The translations under genes were made by a program, and so were the position numbers. The notes under the pieces were generated by a model, which made no database searches, was not told where the DNA came from, and was given only the letters and a program-made list of their open reading frames with translations. A DNA stretch of 64,000 nt from an uncultured Chloroflexia bacterium. GTDB taxonomy: Bacteria > Chloroflexota > Anaerolineae > CG2-30-64-16. The stretch lies in assembly GCA_963810095.1 (NCBI GenBank), contig CAWEMM010000006.1:1419353-1483352 (forward strand), given 5' to 3'. Of the stretch, positions 40,392-52,559 are shown piece by piece (within the stretch, counting starts at the first letter, position 1; each line of letters begins with the position of its first letter).

Positions 40392-42888
40392 ATGCCGCCA
40401 TTGGTGAAAGCAACCGCCGCCACGCTAAGCGCCACCCTGACCGGCGTTGGTCGCGCCCGCCGGCCCACGCTGAAAGGCCATCTGCGACTCCCCGAGTTGA
40501 GCGGCCCGGTCGAGGTCTTTCGGGATGCGTGGGGGGTGCCCCATCTCTACGCCGGCAGCGCGGCGGATCTCTGTTTCGCGCAGGGCTTTGTCCATGCCCA
40601 GGACCGGCTTTGGCAGATGGATTTCCAGCGCCGCCTCGTCGCCGGCCGGCTGGCCGAGGTATTGGGGCCGGCGGTGGTGGGCGTGGACCGCAGCCTGCGG
40701 GTGCTCGGCATGTACCGGGTGGCAGAGGCGGAGGTAAGCCTCCTGAGCGCGGAGGCGCGGCGAGAGGCTGAGGCCTACGCCTCGGGCGTCAACGCGGCCA
40801 TCGAACGGCAGCCGCTGCCGGTCGAGTTCACCTTGCTGCGCTACCGGCCTTACCCTTGGCGAGCGGCGGACTCGCTGTGCTGGGCGAAGATGATGTCATG
40901 GGCGCTGTCGGTCAACTGGGAGAGCGAGCTGCTGCGCGCGAGGCTGATCGAAGTGCTGGGCGTAGAGCGGGCCGCGCAGCTCGAGCCGCTGCTGGCAAGC
41001 CCGATTGTAACGGGGGGCGAGCGGCGTCCCGCGCACCCCTACGGGCCGCTGCCGCCGCGGAATGCGGCGCAAGGACGTGAAGGGGCCGCTCAAGCCGACA
41101 GCGCACCAGAAATCCACATGCCTTCCACGCCGGGCACCCCCGGCAGCAATAACTGGGTCATTGCTGGCGCGCACACGGCCAGCGGCAAGCCCCTTCTGGC
41201 GAACGATATGCACCTGTTGGTCTCCGCGCCGGCCATCTGGTACGAGAACCACCTTGTCTGCACCGATCCCGGCAGCCCGGTCGACGTCACCGGCGTTTCA
41301 TTTCCCGGGATTCCTTTTGTGGTCGCCGGGCATAATGACCGCGTGGCCTGGGGCTTTACCAACGGCTTCCCCGACGTGCAGGACCTGTTTGTCGAGCACC
41401 TCCGCCGGACCGAGCGCGGGGTGGAGTACGAGCACCGGGGCCAATGGCTGCCCGCCGAGGTGCGGCGGGAGGAAATCCGGGTCAAGGGCGAGGCCGCGGT
41501 AACGGAAGAAGTCATCGTCACGGTCCACGGGCCGGTCATCAACCGGCTGGCGGTGGGACTGGCGATGCAGCCCGGCGCGGACGGTCTGCCTGAGCAGCCG
41601 CTCGCGTTGTGCTGGACCTCGCTGACGCCCCACCCAATGGTGGAGTCGCTGCGGGCCATGAACCGGGCGAGTTCGTGCGCCGAGTTCCGGGAAGCCTTGC
41701 GCGGCTGGGTCGCGCCGACCCAGAACGTGGTCTATGCGGACACGGACGGCAACATCGGCTACACCTTCGCCGGTCGAGTGCCGATCCGCCCGCGGGGCGA
41801 AGGCCGCGTGCCCGCGCCGGGCTGGACCGGCGAGTATGACTGGGCAGGCTGGATTCCTTTTGAGGAATTGCCGCACCAACAGAACCCGGCCGAGGGCTAC
41901 ATCGTGTCGGCCAACAACCAGCCGGTCGACGAGAGTTATCCGTACTTCATCGGGCGGGAGTTTGCCCTGGGCGACCGGGCCGGCCGGATTGCCGAGCTCA
42001 TCCGCTCGGGTTCCGCCATCAAGCCGAGCGACATCCGGATCATGCAGCTGGACCAGGAGGCGTCGTCGCTGAAGCGGCTCGCGAGTGTCTTGGGCGGGCT
42101 GGAGCCCTCCGAGCCGGAGCTGCGGGGCTTGGTGACCCTGGTCAGGGCATGGGACGGCCGGCTGACGGCGGAAACCCCTGCGGGCACGATCTGCGAGATC
42201 AGCGGCCCGCGAGGTGCAGATGCTGGTGATGAGGGCCGTGTTGGGCGAAGCCGGCGTTAGCGTGACGCCTGAGAACCCGATTCCCCTCGTCGAACGGGTG
42301 TTGGGTCGCGGGCCCACCCCTGGGATCCAGGACTTTAGCGCTTTCTATCACCGAGTTTGGGAGTGGCTGTACTCGGTGTTGGAGGAGCCGGCGTCGGAGT
42401 GGTGGGATCTGGGGGGCGGCGAGACGCGCGACGACGTGCTGCTGGTTGCGCTCCGGCGCACCTACGACTACCTCGCCGACCGACTGGGCCAGCCTGACCT
42501 GCCCGGCTACGCACAATGGGCGTGGGGCCGGCTTCATACCGTGACGTTCGGGCACGTTGCCGGGCAGGCCCCCACGGTGGCGCGCCATTTCAATCGCGGC
42601 CCGTACCCGGTCGGTGGAGATGAAAACACGGTGTTTGCGACCGGCGGCGGTGTGACCCCCGAAGCCAGCCGGGCCGTGGTCGCGCCGCCCTTCCGCTTCA
42701 TCGCGGACCTGTCCGACTTGTCGCGCTGCTACGGCTTGCTGGCCCCGGGCAACTCGGGGCGACCTGACAGCCCGCACTATGATGACCAGGTTGAGGCGTG
42801 GTTCAAGGGAAAGTATCATCCGATGCTGTACAAGCGGGAGGATGTGGAGCGGGGCGCCCGGCGCAAGCTCATTTTGGCGCCGGCATAG
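40392..42888 (+). CDS. penicillin amidase / penicillin acylase family (Ntn hydrolase, S45); apparent frameshift near 42200
   Basis: SNNWVIAG nucleophile motif and family-typical N-terminal region; C-terminal 220 aa in ORF 42214..42888 frame. Confidence 0.75.
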
Positions 42889-43287
42889 GGGGGCTTTCTT
42901 TTGTTGGGGGCCGCCGGCCCCATCCATTGGATATGTCTTCTGTTGGGGGCCGCCGGCCCCCAACGCCCCGGCCGAGGGGCTGCGCCCCCTCGACCCCCAA
43001 ACTTACTCGGGGAACAGTTCATTTGTGGAGCAACGGCTGGGGCCCACGGACCGCTGCGGGGCTGCCAGTTGCGGGCTTGCACGAGGCCGGCATTTTAGGA
43101 AATGCGCGAGCAATAGCCTCCTCGGGGACATGCAGACGCCGATCTCTTTGGCGATAACTACGCCAGGAGCGTAGCAATTGGGGGTCTCGGGGGCAACGCC
43201 CCCGAGGCGGGGTTGGCAGGGGCCGGCCGGCCCCTGCCAAAAGACCGGAACCTCGAAGCGGGGTGGACGGAGGCCGCCGGCCCCTGC
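42889..43287. repeat. dispersed GC-rich hairpin repeat element, copy C (longest)
   Basis: Two TTGGGGGCCGCCGGCCCC modules, GGGGCTGCGCCCCCTCGACCCCCAAA, GGGGGCAACGCCCCCGAGGCGGGG, GGCAGGGGCCGGCCGGCCCCTGCC palindromes; colinear with copy A. Confidence 0.65.
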
Positions 43288-45061
43288 CTAACGCCGCGTC
43301 AAGCCCCACACGAATGCGGCGCCGGCCGCGACGAACAGCCCCGTCGTCAGCCCGGACGACCCACTCGACGTCTGGAACATCATTCCCGCCAGGAATAGCC
43401 CGCCCGCTAGCACGGCCCAGGTGAGCCGGTCGACCGAGCGTTCGAGACGGCGGATCGCCTTCGCCGCATCGGGCGCGAGGGCGGTCTGCTGCACCAACTC
43501 GCCGCGCTCGGCCGCGGTGAGGAACCGGTCGAGTCGCACGGGCAGCCGGAGCGCCAGCTGCATGATGCTGCCCAGCTCGTCTAGCACGCCCCGCCAATCG
43601 CGCGCTAGTTCCTGCGATGCGAGACGCTCGGCGAAGGGCAGCGTCGCAGCCCACGGGTCGAAGTGCGGGTCGAGCGTGGTCGCCATGCCCGACAAGATCG
43701 CGACGGCCCGGATCGCGAAGAGCACGTCGGTGGGGAACTGGAAGGGCAGGTCGTACACCAGGTCCCGGTACTCTCGTATGAGGAACGCGGCCTGCTGCAT
43801 GGCCACGCCGGTGAGTTGGCCCATGCGCACGCCGCCGAAGCGGGCGAACAGAACGTCGTGCAACTCCTCGATCCGCTGCCTGTCTGCCCCCGGCAGCAGC
43901 ACGCCCGCGTCGTAATAAGCCTGCACCAGCCGGCGGGCGTCGCGCGTGCCCACCGCGATCGCCACGTCACGCATCGCACCGCGCATGCTCTCCGGGATCA
44001 CCGCCACCATGCCGAAATCCACGAAGATCAGCCAGAACGGCCGCGGACTGCCGGGCGGTGCCGCGGGATCGCGCGGCAGGGGGTGTACGAACAGGTTGCC
44101 GGGATGCGGGTCGGCGTGGACGAAGCTGTGAACGAAGATTTGCTCGAGGTAGGTGTCGTACAGGCGGCGCGCGACTTCGGCCCCGCTGATCCCCGCAGCA
44201 TCCATGGCCGCCACGTCGTCGATCTTGATGCTGGCGACGTTCTCCAGCGTCAAGACGCGGCGGGTGGTGTATTCCCAGAAGACATCCGCAATGTAGATGC
44301 CGGGATCGCCGGCGAAGTCGTCGGCAAACCGGTCCGCGTTGCGGCCCTCTTCGATGAAATCGAGCTCGGCGCGTGTGGTGCGTGCGAACTCGTCGTAGAG
44401 CCGGTCGAGGTCCGCATGCCGGTTGATGGGGGGGTAGAGCTTTAGCCAGTTGGTCGCCAGGCGCAGTGCGGCGAGGTCGGTTTCGACGAGGAGCTCGATG
44501 CGCTTCCGCTGCACCTTCACCACCACTTCCTCGCCGTCCAAGAGCCGCGCCAGGTGCACTTGTGCCAGCGACGCGGCGGCCTGTGGGGTGGGCGAGAGCC
44601 AGGCATAGACCTCTTCGACCGGCCGCTTGAACTCGCCTTCGATCACGGCGCGGACGTCTTCGAGCGTTTCGGCGGGCACCTCGTCCTGCAGACCGCGCAG
44701 CTCAGACGTGACTTCCGGCGGCAGCATGTCGACGCGAATGCTGAGGAACTGCCCCAGCTTGATCAGAACGCCGCCATAGCGAACCGCCAGGGCCCGATAC
44801 CGCTGTGCATGAGCACGCCAGCGCGCGAGGTTGGTTGCCCGCACGTAGGAGCGGAAGCCGGGCAGGTGGCCCAGCACGAGGTTCCAGCCGATGAAGGAGA
44901 GAAAGACACGCGGCGAAGTAGAACGCGACGCGCAAGTAACGCACGCGGTCGAGCGGCGCGCCGGCCGAAGCTGCCGGCTGTACGAAGTTGGAGAGTTCGC
45001 CCAGCGCAACCTGGCTGGCAGGCGCCGTTCTGGGGCGACGGAAGCGGCGCCCAATACTCAT
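43288..45061 (-). CDS. ABC1/UbiB-family atypical protein kinase; apparent frameshift near 44915
   Basis: IKLGQFLSIRVDMLP and kinase-like core in main frame; N-terminal MSIGRRFRRPRT...YLRVAFYFAA in ORF 44702..45061 frame. Confidence 0.7.
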
Positions 45062-45147
45062 GCGTCAATTGTACCGCGGTTCATAAGCATGTCAATACGT
45101 GCGGCGTCTCTCCCCCAACTCCCGGGCTGAGGTTGACCCGGCGCGAC

Positions 45148-45927
45148 ATGCCCTTTATAATCATTGCGATACAACTATACGCGTTATCCCTGGCGCTCGT
45201 CCTCGGTGCGGCGAGTCACACCACATTGTTGGCAATGATCGAAACGTTCAAGCTGCTATTTTCGAACAATGCAGGCATCCTGGAGATTGTGGCGCTCTCG
45301 CTGAAAGTGTCGGGCATCGCGCTGCTCTTCAGCACGCTAATCGGGATCCCGCTCGGCGCGGCCCTGGGGCTGGGCCGGTTCTTCGGCCGGCGGTTGATGG
45401 TGGCCTTCATGTACACGGGCATGGGGTTTCCACCCGTGGTCGTGGGCCTGTTCGTCTACCTGCTGCTGTCGCGCAGCGGCCCGCTGGGCGGCCTAAACTC
45501 GCCGTACCTGCCGAGCCTCTTCACGCCGGGCGCCATGATCCTCGCGCAGTCGATCATCGCGTTTCCCCTGGTCGCCGGCTTCACGATGGCTGCGGTGATG
45601 GGGGTCGACAAGGCGCTGCGCCAGCAGGTGCGCTCGCTGGGCGCCACGAACTGGCAGACGACGCTGACCGTGCTGCAGGAAGCGCGGATCGGCGTCATCG
45701 TCGCCGTCATCGCGGGTTTCGGCGGGATCATATCAGAGGTGGGCGCGGTGATGCTGGTGGGAGGAAATATCGAGGGCCGGACGCGGGTGATGACGACGGC
45801 CATCGTGCTGGAGACGCGGCAGGGGAACTTCGAGATGGCGCTGGCGCTCGGCGCAATTCTCCTGGCGATCACGTTTGTGGTCAATGTAGTCATGCTGCGC
45901 TTGCAGGGGAAGGCCTTCACGGAATGA
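45148..45927 (+). CDS. ABC transporter permease (binding-protein-dependent inner membrane component, TupB/ModB-like)
   Basis: 259 aa, 5-6 TM segments, C-terminal part of ORF 44554..45927 from ATG 45148. Confidence 0.7.
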   Translation: MPFIIIAIQLYALSLALVLGAASHTTLLAMIETFKLLFSNNAGILEIVALSLKVSGIALLFSTLIGIPLGAALGLGRFFGRRLMVAFMYTGMGFPPVVVGLFVYLLLSRSGPLGGLNSPYLPSLFTPGAMILAQSIIAFPLVAGFTMAAVMGVDKALRQQVRSLGATNWQTTLTVLQEARIGVIVAVIAGFGGIISEVGAVMLVGGNIEGRTRVMTTAIVLETRQGNFEMALALGAILLAITFVVNVVMLRLQGKAFTE

Positions 45928-46664
45928 ACCATGATCTTCGTGCCGCTTATGCCATTGAAGACCTGACGAAGGTTTACCAGAACCGGCAGGTGTTGGGCAT
46001 CGAGCAGTTGGATATTCGCCCCGGCGAGATCCTGGCTGTGGTTGGGCCGAGCGGGTCGGGCAAGAGCACGCTGCTGCGCCTGCTCAATTTCCTCGAATCG
46101 CCCACCGGAGGCCGCATCACGTACCGGGGCGCGCAATTCGATCCCCAGCACGACGTCGCGCTTGACGTGCGCCGTACGGTGACCACGGTCAGCCAACGCC
46201 CCGTGCTGCTGAATCGCTCAGTGCGGGCCAACGTCGAGTATGGACTGCGGCTGCGGGGCCAGCGTGATCGGGGTGGTGAAGTGCGGGCCGCGCTGGAAAA
46301 TGTAGGCCTGGCCGAGCTTGAGCGGCAGGACGCGCGGACGCTCTCGGGGGGTGAGGCGCAGCGGGTGGCGCTGGCCCGCGCGATGGTGATCCGGCCCGAC
46401 GTGCTCCTGCTCGACGAGCCGACCGCGAACCTGGACCCCTATAACGTGGCCGTGATTGAGGATGCTGTGCGGCGGCTCAACGCGGAGCGGGGGACGACCG
46501 TGGTCCTGGTGACCCACAATGTTTTCCAGGCGCACCGCCTTGCGCACCGGGTGGTATTCATCCTCGAAGGCAAGGTGGTGGAGGTGGCCGACACCCAGAC
46601 GTTCTTCGAGCGCCCGGCCGATCCCCGGACGGGCGCATTCGTGCGGGGGGAGATGATTTGCTGA
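45924..46664 (+). CDS. ABC transporter ATP-binding protein
   Basis: Walker A GPSGSGKST, signature LSGGEAQRVALARA, Walker B LLLDEP; ATGA overlap with permease. Confidence 0.8.
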   Translation: MNHDLRAAYAIEDLTKVYQNRQVLGIEQLDIRPGEILAVVGPSGSGKSTLLRLLNFLESPTGGRITYRGAQFDPQHDVALDVRRTVTTVSQRPVLLNRSVRANVEYGLRLRGQRDRGGEVRAALENVGLAELERQDARTLSGGEAQRVALARAMVIRPDVLLLDEPTANLDPYNVAVIEDAVRRLNAERGTTVVLVTHNVFQAHRLAHRVVFILEGKVVEVADTQTFFERPADPRTGAFVRGEMIC

Positions 46665-46812
46665 GCGTCTGAAATGGGACACTGATGCAACCGGATCTGA
46701 GACCGATCTATCGTTGCTGCGCTGCCTGCGGGAAAAGATCGTGACAATCAGTCCGATCGGTTCGATCAGTGTCCTATTTCATCAGCGTTGACCAGCCCTG
46801 CGGGGTGAATGT

Positions 46813-47814
46813 CTATTTGCGCTTCCCGGGGTCTGCCTGTTTTTGTCCGCCGGGCAGCCTGAGCCTCCCGAAGAACATCTCGCGCAGGGACGAGCCCGCA
46901 CTGGGCACCTCGGTCATCTGGTTGGGCGCCGCGTCCCAATTGCCCGTATAAGTGGCATTAAGCCACCGGTAGCCCTCGGCCAGCCCCCGGTCGATCCGAG
47001 CGACCAGTTCATCGGTCTCGCCCGCGGCCAGTTGATCGCGGTACGACGTCAATTCGGCCACCAGCGCGTCCAGCCAATGAATCACATTGTCCCGGTTTGC
47101 CAGTGGCGCCGCGACCGCCTCCTTGCCCGAACGGGCGACCATCAGGGTGCTGGCGAAGAACTGGTTTGCGGCCAGCTTGCGCATGTCCTGCCACCCTGCG
47201 CTGTCCGACGTGGCCGACATCAGTGCGGCGGCCATCAGCGAAGGTAGCTGCTCGACCCCTGCGACGAGCCCGTCATGCTCCTCGGCGTTCAGGAAGAAAG
47301 GTTTTGCACCCATGGCCTCGGCGAGGTCGGCGGCGAGTTGGACCGCGGTCCCGTCGGTGTTAGGGCCCGGGGTCAGGCAGAACAACTTGCCCTCGAAGAG
47401 ATTCGCCCGCGCGCCTTCGGTCTCCAGGGAGTCGGACAACACGACGGGGTGGCCGCCGACGAAATGGACTTCTGGCGGCAGCAGCTCGGCGGCCCACGCC
47501 ATCACCGGTTCCTTCACATCCGCCGTGTCCACGATCACGCAACCGGGGCGCAACTCGCCCTTGATCGCGTCGAGCGTGGACCGGATTTCGCTGACGGGCA
47601 GCGCAAGGATGACGCGGTCCGCGGGCGCCACGGCGTTGATGAGGTTCCACTCCGTGCGGTCGACCGCGCCGGCCCGCTTCGCCTTACTCGAAATCTCGGG
47701 GCTGGGATCGTGGCCGACCACGGTCACCTTTTCGGCGTATTTATGGAGGGCCAGGCCGGCCGATGTTCCGATGATGCCAAGGCCAACGATGGCCACATGC
47801 AGCTTGTCGGGCAT
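46813..47814 (-). CDS. tyrA: prephenate/arogenate dehydrogenase
   Basis: N-terminal Rossmann VAIVGLGIIGTS, conserved dehydrogenase core; start at ATG 47814 inside the longer track ORF. Confidence 0.7.
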   Translation of the reverse strand: MPDKLHVAIVGLGIIGTSAGLALHKYAEKVTVVGHDPSPEISSKAKRAGAVDRTEWNLINAVAPADRVILALPVSEIRSTLDAIKGELRPGCVIVDTADVKEPVMAWAAELLPPEVHFVGGHPVVLSDSLETEGARANLFEGKLFCLTPGPNTDGTAVQLAADLAEAMGAKPFFLNAEEHDGLVAGVEQLPSLMAAALMSATSDSAGWQDMRKLAANQFFASTLMVARSGKEAVAAPLANRDNVIHWLDALVAELTSYRDQLAAGETDELVARIDRGLAEGYRWLNATYTGNWDAAPNQMTEVPSAGSSLREMFFGRLRLPGGQKQADPGKRK

Positions 47815-47884
47815 AGGGGGTCTCTTTCTTGTTGTTGGGCCGGCAGACGAACGCGCCGGACGGCGCTCGTGGCTCCGCGCTAGA

Positions 47885-48307
47885 TCAGTTGTCGTCGTCG
47901 GCACGCTGCAGCGCAAGCAGCAGCGCGTCTTCGCGCGACGGCGCCGAACCGGCGGGCACGGCGTCCTGGTGCCGGCGCATGAGGCTGACGGCCAGCGGCG
48001 CGCAGCCGGCATCGGATGCGAGACGGGCACTCGTCGCCGGATGATTGGCGTGGGCCCAGAGCGGATAGCGCATGCTGCGCCGGCGCGGCTCGGGCGACGT
48101 CTTCAGCCGCTGCCACGCCCCCGGTGCGAACGCCTTGATCAGGACCACCGCAACCCGGTGAAACAAGGTGACGCCGCCCAGATGCTTGGCCACGTCGTGC
48201 AGCAGCGCGGCCTGGGCGAGGGCCGGGTCGTCAAAGCCGCCCGCCCGCAGCGCAGCCCATACTTTCAGCGCGTGCACCTGGTCAGAGCGGGGCATCCCTC
48301 TGAACAA
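47885..48307 (-). CDS. HD-domain-like phosphohydrolase fragment / hypothetical
   Basis: AALLHDVAKHLG motif; N-terminus uncertain (TTG start, upstream in-frame sequence also protein-like). Confidence 0.35.
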   Translation of the reverse strand: MFRGMPRSDQVHALKVWAALRAGGFDDPALAQAALLHDVAKHLGGVTLFHRVAVVLIKAFAPGAWQRLKTSPEPRRRSMRYPLWAHANHPATSARLASDAGCAPLAVSLMRRHQDAVPAGSAPSREDALLLALQRADDDN

Positions 48308-48439
48308 CCGCCAACCTGCCTCGGGCAGCGCCCGCCGGGCACGTGCGAGGTCCTGTTCGTCGGGTCCGCGCCTGCCGCGCCCCCAGTGCCTGCCCGAACT
48401 GGCGCACCCGGTAGGCTACACGCCCGCCAAACCCGGCCA

Positions 48440-49075
48440 TCAAATGCCGAGCAGCAGATCGGAAACCTTCGCCGCGCCGACGCTCAGAAAGCCGCCGATG
48501 CTCAATTGGGGCAGCACGAGCGGCACCAGGAAGATCGCCATGAGGATCATCGGGCCGTAGGCCTGCAAGGGAAGCAGCACCGACGAGATACGCTCGCCGA
48601 CAAGCCCGTTCAGCACGGCGAAGCCATCGAGCGGCGGAAGCGGGATCAGGTTGAACAGGAATAGCGTGGCATTGATCAGGATGAACATGTAGACGAAGTC
48701 GAGCACGTTTTGCGACGCGCCCTGCAGCAGGCCCAGGCGATACGCGAGCGCCATCAGGGTTGCCATCAACAGGTTGCTGACCGGACCGGCGGCCGAGACG
48801 AGCGCGTGGCCGACGCGCGGCCCGTACCGCAAGTGATAAGGATTCACCGGCACCGGTTTCGCCCAGCCGAAATGTGCGACCAGCAGGAGGATCGATCCGA
48901 GCGGGTCGAGATGCTTGAGCGGGTTAAGCGTCAGGCGACCCTGCTGCTTGGCCGTGTTGTCTCCCAGCCGGTAGGCCACGAAGGCATGCGCGAGCTCATG
49001 AATAGGGAACCCGACCAGCAGGATCACGAGCAGTGCCGCGAGGGTCGGGAGATCGAGTCCTAAGACGTTTGACAA
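48440..49075 (-). CDS. site-2 protease family (M50) intramembrane metalloprotease
   Basis: HELAHAF zinc-binding motif, LDGF motif, polytopic. Confidence 0.8.
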   Translation of the reverse strand: MSNVLGLDLPTLAALLVILLVGFPIHELAHAFVAYRLGDNTAKQQGRLTLNPLKHLDPLGSILLLVAHFGWAKPVPVNPYHLRYGPRVGHALVSAAGPVSNLLMATLMALAYRLGLLQGASQNVLDFVYMFILINATLFLFNLIPLPPLDGFAVLNGLVGERISSVLLPLQAYGPMILMAIFLVPLVLPQLSIGGFLSVGAAKVSDLLLGI

Positions 49076-49170
49076 GGGGTGCTCCGTTCACGTACTTCGG
49101 GCGGATTATAGCATACGGTCCGACGCCCACCAAGGCATCTTCATTCCGTTTCGCGTGTGTGTTATGATGA

Positions 49171-51416
49171 TTGCTCCCTATGGCACGCAGCATCGTCGAT
49201 CTAAGCACCCTTCCATGGCGTTTCGGCCAGGTCGCCCGCCAGGGCTTTTCGCACGCGGCCGAGCGACGACCGGCGCGCGGTCGCCAACTGGGAACCCGCG
49301 TCAGTCCCCGGCGACGTGCGAGCGGATCTGCTGGCGACGGGATATCTGCGCGGCCTGGATACACCGGAGGATCTTCCGCGGTCAGGCTGGGTGGACAGCG
49401 TCGACTGGTGGTATCGGGTCGATATCGATCCGGTCGAACCGGGAACCACGGTGGTTCTCGAAGCCGACGGGATCGACTACCTCAGCAGCGTGTGGCTGGA
49501 TGGAGAGTTTCTGGCCGCGCACCAGGGCATGTTTGCGCGGCAGGCACTCGTGCTCCCGCCGCCGCATGGAGGCGCCCGGGAAGCACGAGCTGGCGGTGCG
49601 GATTTGGGGCGCGGGTGCGCTGCCGCGCCTCCCCAACCCTCCGCTGCGCCGGGGCCTGCGCCGGCTGATCTGCGGCCTGGGTGTCGTCGACGAATACTTC
49701 CCCGATCGCCTCGCCACCCCCAAAGCGCAATACAGCTTCGGGTGGGACTTCGCGCCGCGCGTGCTGAGCACGGGCATCTGGGACGGCATCCGCCTGGTCC
49801 ACTGCCGGGGCGCCTATCTTTCCGACGTGCAGGTGCTTGCCGAGCCGCTGAGCGAGGGCGACCCGACCCCTGTCCGCTGGACCGTGCGGCTTACGACCCG
49901 GCGATTCGAGGAGCAGCGGCTCACTGCGCGGGTCGAGCTGCGCACGCTCGAAGGTGAACGGATCCCGCTGGCGCGCGATACCTTCGCGTTGGGCGAGGGC
50001 AATGCGGCGGACCTGGTCTTTGATTCGCCGCGACTGGCCCGCTGGTGGCCGTGGGACCAGGGTGAGCCGGCCCTCTACCGCCTTTCAGTTCGACTGTTCG
50101 ACGAGCGCGGGCCGGCCGACGAGGCGGAGACGGTGGTCGGGCGTGCGCACGGTGGGCCGCGAGCGCTTCAAGAACGGGCAGCCCTGGCGTTTCACGGTCA
50201 ACGGCCGCTCGGTCTTCCTGCGCGGGGCGAACTGGGTGCCCGCCGACATCCTGCCCGGCCGGGTGGCCGAGAATGACTATGCCGGCCTGATCGGGCAGGC
50301 GCGGGCCGGGGGGGTCAACTTCCTGCGGGTGTGGGGCGGCGGCATCCGCGAGAAGCCCGCGTTCTGGGAGCTGTGCAACCGGCAGGGCATCCTGGTCATG
50401 CAGGAGTTCCCCCTCGCTTGCACGTTCCTCGATCACTACCCGCGCGATCCGGGCTACCTCTCCGTGCTCGAGTCTGAGGCGCAAGGCATCGTCCGCGGCT
50501 TGCGCAACCACCCAAGTCTGATCGCCTGGTGCGGGGGCAACGAGATCAGCCCGCAACGTGAGCGGCTTCCTCTGCGTACTATTGAGCGGGTGCTGGCGCG
50601 CGAAGACCCCGGCCGGCCCTGGATTCCGGCTTCTCCGTCGACAGGGCGACATCCACAACTGGGACGTGTGGCATGGCGGCGCGCCCTGGCAGTCGTTGGC
50701 GCGGGTTCGCGCCCCGTTCATGAGCGAGTTCGGCGTGCAGGCGCTGCCCCATGCCGACACCATCGCCGAGATGTTTCCGTCGGGCCCGCCCACGCGGCTG
50801 GACGATGCCGGGTGGGCCGCGCGCAAGCTGCAGGCCGACAAGCTGCGTCACTACTGTGGGCCCTTGCCCGAAGAGGACCTGGTAGCCACGATTGAGGCTA
50901 CTCAGAGGACGCAGGCCGCGGCTCTGCAGGCGGGGATCGAGGCGTGCCGGCTCCGCCGCGAGGGCTCGGGCAGCCCGCGCCCATGCGGCGGGCGTGGCCT
51001 TCTGGCAGTTCAATGAGCCGTGGCCCGCGGTCTCCTGGTCCCTGGTCGACCGGCGCGGCCGGCCAAAGGCGGCCTACAGTATGCTCATGCGCAGCTACCA
51101 ACCCCTGCTCGTGGCGGCCGTGTTCGAGCGGCGGGCATGGCGGGCGGGCGACCGGTTCGACGCCGAGATCTGGGTGGTGAACGACGGGGCGGAAGAAGCA
51201 GCAGAGGGCGAAGTCGAGGCGCTGTTGGACGGGCGCAGCGTCTGCCCACGCAGCCGCGTCGCGGCGCCTCCCGCGTCTGCCCGGCAGGTTGGGGCATTCG
51301 GCGTGCAGTTGGCGGGGCCCCCGGCCACCCTCGCGTTGGCGTGGCGGGCAGGCGGTGCGGTTCTTGCCGCCAACGAGTATGACCTGCAGGTCTACTTGCC
51401 GCCGCCGCAGCCCTGA
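49171..51416 (+). pseudogene. glycoside hydrolase family 2 beta-mannosidase-like gene interrupted by five apparent +1 frameshifts (true pseudogene or sequencing indels)
   Basis: Colinear conserved segments in frames 1,2,0,1,2,0: WEPASVPGDVRADLLATG, HELAVRIWG, WRFTVNGRSVFLRGANWVP, GDIHNWDVWHGGAPW, PRPCGG/VAFWQFNEPWPAVSWS; no internal stops within segments. Confidence 0.6.
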
Positions 51417-51507
51417 TGGGTTGGCTGATGCGCCGCGCCGGCGAACTGCTGCTGCAAATTGGTTGACACATCGGGGTCGTTTCGGATATCCTCGCAAGCA
51501 GATAAAA

Positions 51508-52550
51508 ATGCGGATAGTCGTCAACGGCTGGTTCTGGGACCGGATGACCGCCGGCAGCGGGCAGTACCTGGCCGCGCTCGGCAGCCGTCTTGCCGCGCGC
51601 CGGCTCGGCGCACGAGTTCATTCTGGCGCTGCCGGCGGCGCACGAAGGAGCCGGCGACGCTCGCTCGAGGGTGGCGCACCGTGCGGCGCGGGACGCCGTT
51701 CGACGCGGCTGCAGCGCAGAACCTGGCCAAGCTGTGGTTCGAGCAGGTCACGTTTCCCGAGCTTGTGCCGCCGTCTGGGGGCGGACGTGGGTTTCGTGCC
51801 CTACTGGGGCTCGCCCTGGGCGCGGCCCTGCCCGATGGTCGTCACGGTGCACGACCTGATCCCGCTGCTGCTGCCGCTGTACCGGGGCGGAAGGCTGCAG
51901 CGGATGTACACCGCGTCTCGTCGGCGCGTACGGCTCGGCGGGCCGCGGCGGTCGTGACGGATTCAGAGGCCAGCCGCCGGGACATCGTGGCCCATCTCCG
52001 CGTGCCGGCAGAACGCGTGCATGCGGTCTATCTGGCGGCGGGCCGGCTGCGAGCTGGGCGCGGACGCCGGACGAGCGCGGCCTTCGCGGCGCGCTTGAAC
52101 CTGCCCGGCGGGCCGTTTTTGCTGTACCTGGGCGGCTTTGACGCACGCAAGAATGTGCTGCGGACGCATCGAAGGCTATGCGAAGCTGGCTCGAGCGGCG
52201 TGGCCGCCGAGGGGGCCGAAGCGCCGGCTTCTGGTCGATTGCGGGCCGGCTGCCCGCGGTCGACTCGGACTTTGCGCCGGATCCGCGGCCGGTGGTCCGC
52301 TCGGCTCGGGCGTGGCGGACCGTGTTCATTTTGCCGGCTGGGTGGACGAGGCAGACAAGGCCGCGCTGTACCGGCATGGCAGCAGGCGTCCTGTTTCGTC
52401 AGCGAGTATGAGGGGTTTGGCCTGCCGGTGCTGGAAGCGATGGCCTGCGACCGGGAAAAGAGATCCACGAGACCTGGTAGGTTCAAGCAACCAGGTCACC
52501 AGCTGCGAGATTGGGGAGTCCTGGTGACTGAACCGTGCGAAGACTGAATC
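51508..52550 (+). pseudogene. GT4-family (GT-B) glycosyltransferase shattered by multiple frameshifts
   Basis: MRIVVNGWFWDRMTAGSGQY, VHDLIPLL, GGPFLLYLGGFDARKN, FVSEYEGFGLPVLEAMAC segments in different frames. Confidence 0.5.
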
Positions 52551-52559
52551 GCGCGGGCC

